A DNA stretch of 63,997 nucleotides, the filler included, from Reticulomyxa filosa (Eukaryota > Protista > Foraminifera), in the NCBI GenBank assembly GCA_000512085.1. It is 19 parts of 19 records of this genome, joined end to end, with 100 filler letters (N's around TTAATTAATTAA, not from the genome) between each part and the next. Parts side by side here need not be neighbours in the genome. Positions count along the whole stretch, not along the records: positions 61,593 to 62,897 come from ASPP01015577.1; positions 62,998 to 63,997 come from ASPP01040479.1; 17 more parts are not named here. One strand, given 5' to 3'. The notes under the pieces are model-generated. The model did not search any database. It was not told the origin of the DNA and saw nothing but the letters and a program-made list of their open reading frames with translations. Positions 62,187-63,997 of this stretch are shown here, in pieces (the stretch's first letter is position 1; each line of letters opens with the position of its first letter). Made by a program: the position numbers and the translations under genes.

Positions 62187-63997
62187 AAAAAAAAAACGTT
62201 AGCATATTGTTTCATACTTTAACATCATTAGGACAGCTAAAATCACAAGGACAGCAAAATTATTAAAAAACAAGCTAGATGAAGATAAAATGATAACATT
62301 CTGCACTTACAAATTCACACAGTTTCTTAAAATAAATACTACTTGTTAACTATGAAACATTACGACTTGTTCCGATATTCTGCAAAAACACTTTTTGTTT
62401 TGGGGAGTGGGTTTTTTTTAAAAAAAAACTTTGTGATTTTTAGAAATGATAAACATGCAAATAAAAGAATGATCAAAATGTATCCTCATTTCACAAAGAC
62501 GTGTTCATCTTGCTGAGGAAAGCAAATTAATGCCTTGTCCTTGTCAATTGATCGATGAAGTGTTGGTTCACGAGTTGTCAGTTCCCACTAGCTTGAACGA
62601 AAATAGATTATATTGTTCAATGTGACCTTGGTCTATTTGTACAAATTGTTGGAGGAAACGAAATTATTAGAATATTGTAAAGGTCCAGAACAAAAAAATA
62701 GTATTTTGGATCACGAAACCCAAAAGATTTTGTAAGCTTTTGGAGATCGCTTCTTGGATCTTTTTGTCTCATTTTGTTACTTTCGTGAAAAAGAACGTCA
62801 CTCCATTGTACTCCTTCCCTTGTTTGACCCATGACAACCGCGTCATGGATAGTTTTACCAACATAGCCTTCAATCGAATGCGATATTTCAAAGCTGCNNN
62901 NNNNNNNNNNNNNNNNNNNNNNNNNNNNNNNNNNNNNNNNNTTAATTAATTAANNNNNNNNNNNNNNNNNNNNNNNNNNNNNNNNNNNNNNNNNNNNCAG
63001 CGGCCAAGTTTGTTATCGATACCAAGAGAAAAATTTGAACATTTCCAATCTAAATCGATTAATTTTAATGTTTTTCTTCACAAACAATTTAAATCAGAAT
63101 TATTGCTGCAAAGTAAGCCAAAATGTTATTTGTTGATTACTTTTATGACACATTGTATTATTTAGTACTGTGTTCAAGTGTGAACGAATTGCTTGTATGA
63201 CATCCTTTCCATGCTAAAAAAAAATTTTTGTATTGCTTACTAGTAGATGTCGCAAATCATAATATTACGATCTAAATCTTTTTTATTGTTGTTATTGGTC
63301 ATTTAAGATTGCATTATTCATGTATTTTTCATTTTTTTTTATGTTCTATTTCTTAAAATAATGCTCTTTTAACTTGCTGATACAAATATTAACGCAAGTT
63401 AAACATGAAGAACTTTATCGCTGTCTATTTTTTATATGCTTCCTTTCAAATATATTTCTTGTTCTGCTTTTCGTTTATACGTTCTTGAATTTGTTTGATT
63501 CTAGATTGTTGTTCTTTAATTCGTTGATTTTTCTCTTTAAGTAAAATGTTTTAAATTTTTTCGAATTACTTCTTCCGCTAGTCCTTGAAAAGCACAACGA
63601 CTATACTGTGTACAAAAAAACAAGTATTGTGAAAACAATTTTGCGCAACTAAATTTTGCTTATTTTGTATTTACTAAAATTTATTTAATTTAATCATTTT
63701 TTTGCCATTTTCTTGGCTTTCCTTTAATCTAAAAATTTTGCTTTGTTTTATTTTTTCTGATTCATGTGATTAATGTGTTATCCTTAACGAAAAAAAATAA
63801 GGCAATATATTACAATACAAAGAGAAAATAGTTTGTTAAAAGTTAAATAGAATTAGTTAAATTGTTATCTAATCCAGCGCATGATCGCGAATGATGTGAA
63901 TGTTGTACAAGTTAAAAAAATGTTGATATTTAGTTGATTTATTGACAGTTCGTATGTTTGTCAACACACATAATACATTCTTTATATGTTGAATATT

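Larger units (their letters stand above)
9918..62997. other. 18 artificial contig spacers (N44-TTAATTAATTAA-N44) at 9918, 11771, 13040, 14278, 15912, 21622, 23087, 26476, 28498, 29612, 38134, 39593, 44244, 46806, 53814, 56108, 61493 and 62898, each 100 bp
   Basis: Identical 100-bp blocks whose core carries stops in all six frames; sequence is unrelated across each spacer. Confidence 0.98.

Noticed and set aside
62450-63997. Possible coding remnants on the minus strand in the last two contigs
   Set aside because: Short, interrupted and without a motif I can support
1-63997. Operon-like clusters, CRISPR arrays, rRNA or tRNA genes
   Set aside because: None recognised by eye; the DNA is eukaryotic and adjacency across spacers is not biological

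Overview
This is not a contiguous locus. It is 19 short contigs of an AT-rich, intron-rich eukaryotic draft genome, joined by 18 artificial 100-bp spacers (N44-TTAATTAATTAA-N44), so gene neighbourhoods across spacers mean nothing. The mix of expanded WD40, Kelch-like, TPR, RING/TRAF and NACHT families with many decayed copies suggests a foraminiferan of the Reticulomyxa filosa type (inference from family signatures, not a database hit). Recognisable genes: RAD51, an ATXR3/SDG2-type SET methyltransferase, a Cdc15/MAP3K-epsilon-like kinase, a CECR5-type HAD hydrolase, a C2H2 zinc-finger protein, a CPSF1 fragment, a TDP2-like enzyme, a bacterial-type 2-oxoacid dehydrogenase E1, an HRHDQ-type glycosyltransferase, and TPR, WD40, Kelch, ankyrin and NACHT proteins. 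There are also pseudogenes (CK1, methylmalonate-semialdehyde dehydrogenase, RING, WD40), decayed non-LTR retrotransposons and a TA-targeting Tc1/mariner-like TIR family. The most striking items are: (1) an intron-containing, archaeal-type small AlaX tRNA-editing enzyme with a coiled-coil extension and a possible dual mitochondrial/cytosolic start; (2) a RING/TRAF-Kelch-WD40 fusion gene and a recurrent exon-encoded ~35-aa module in front of WD40 propellers; (3) repeated poly-A (polypurine) 3' splice sites. All homology calls come from reading motifs by eye against remembered family sequences and need HMM/BLAST confirmation.
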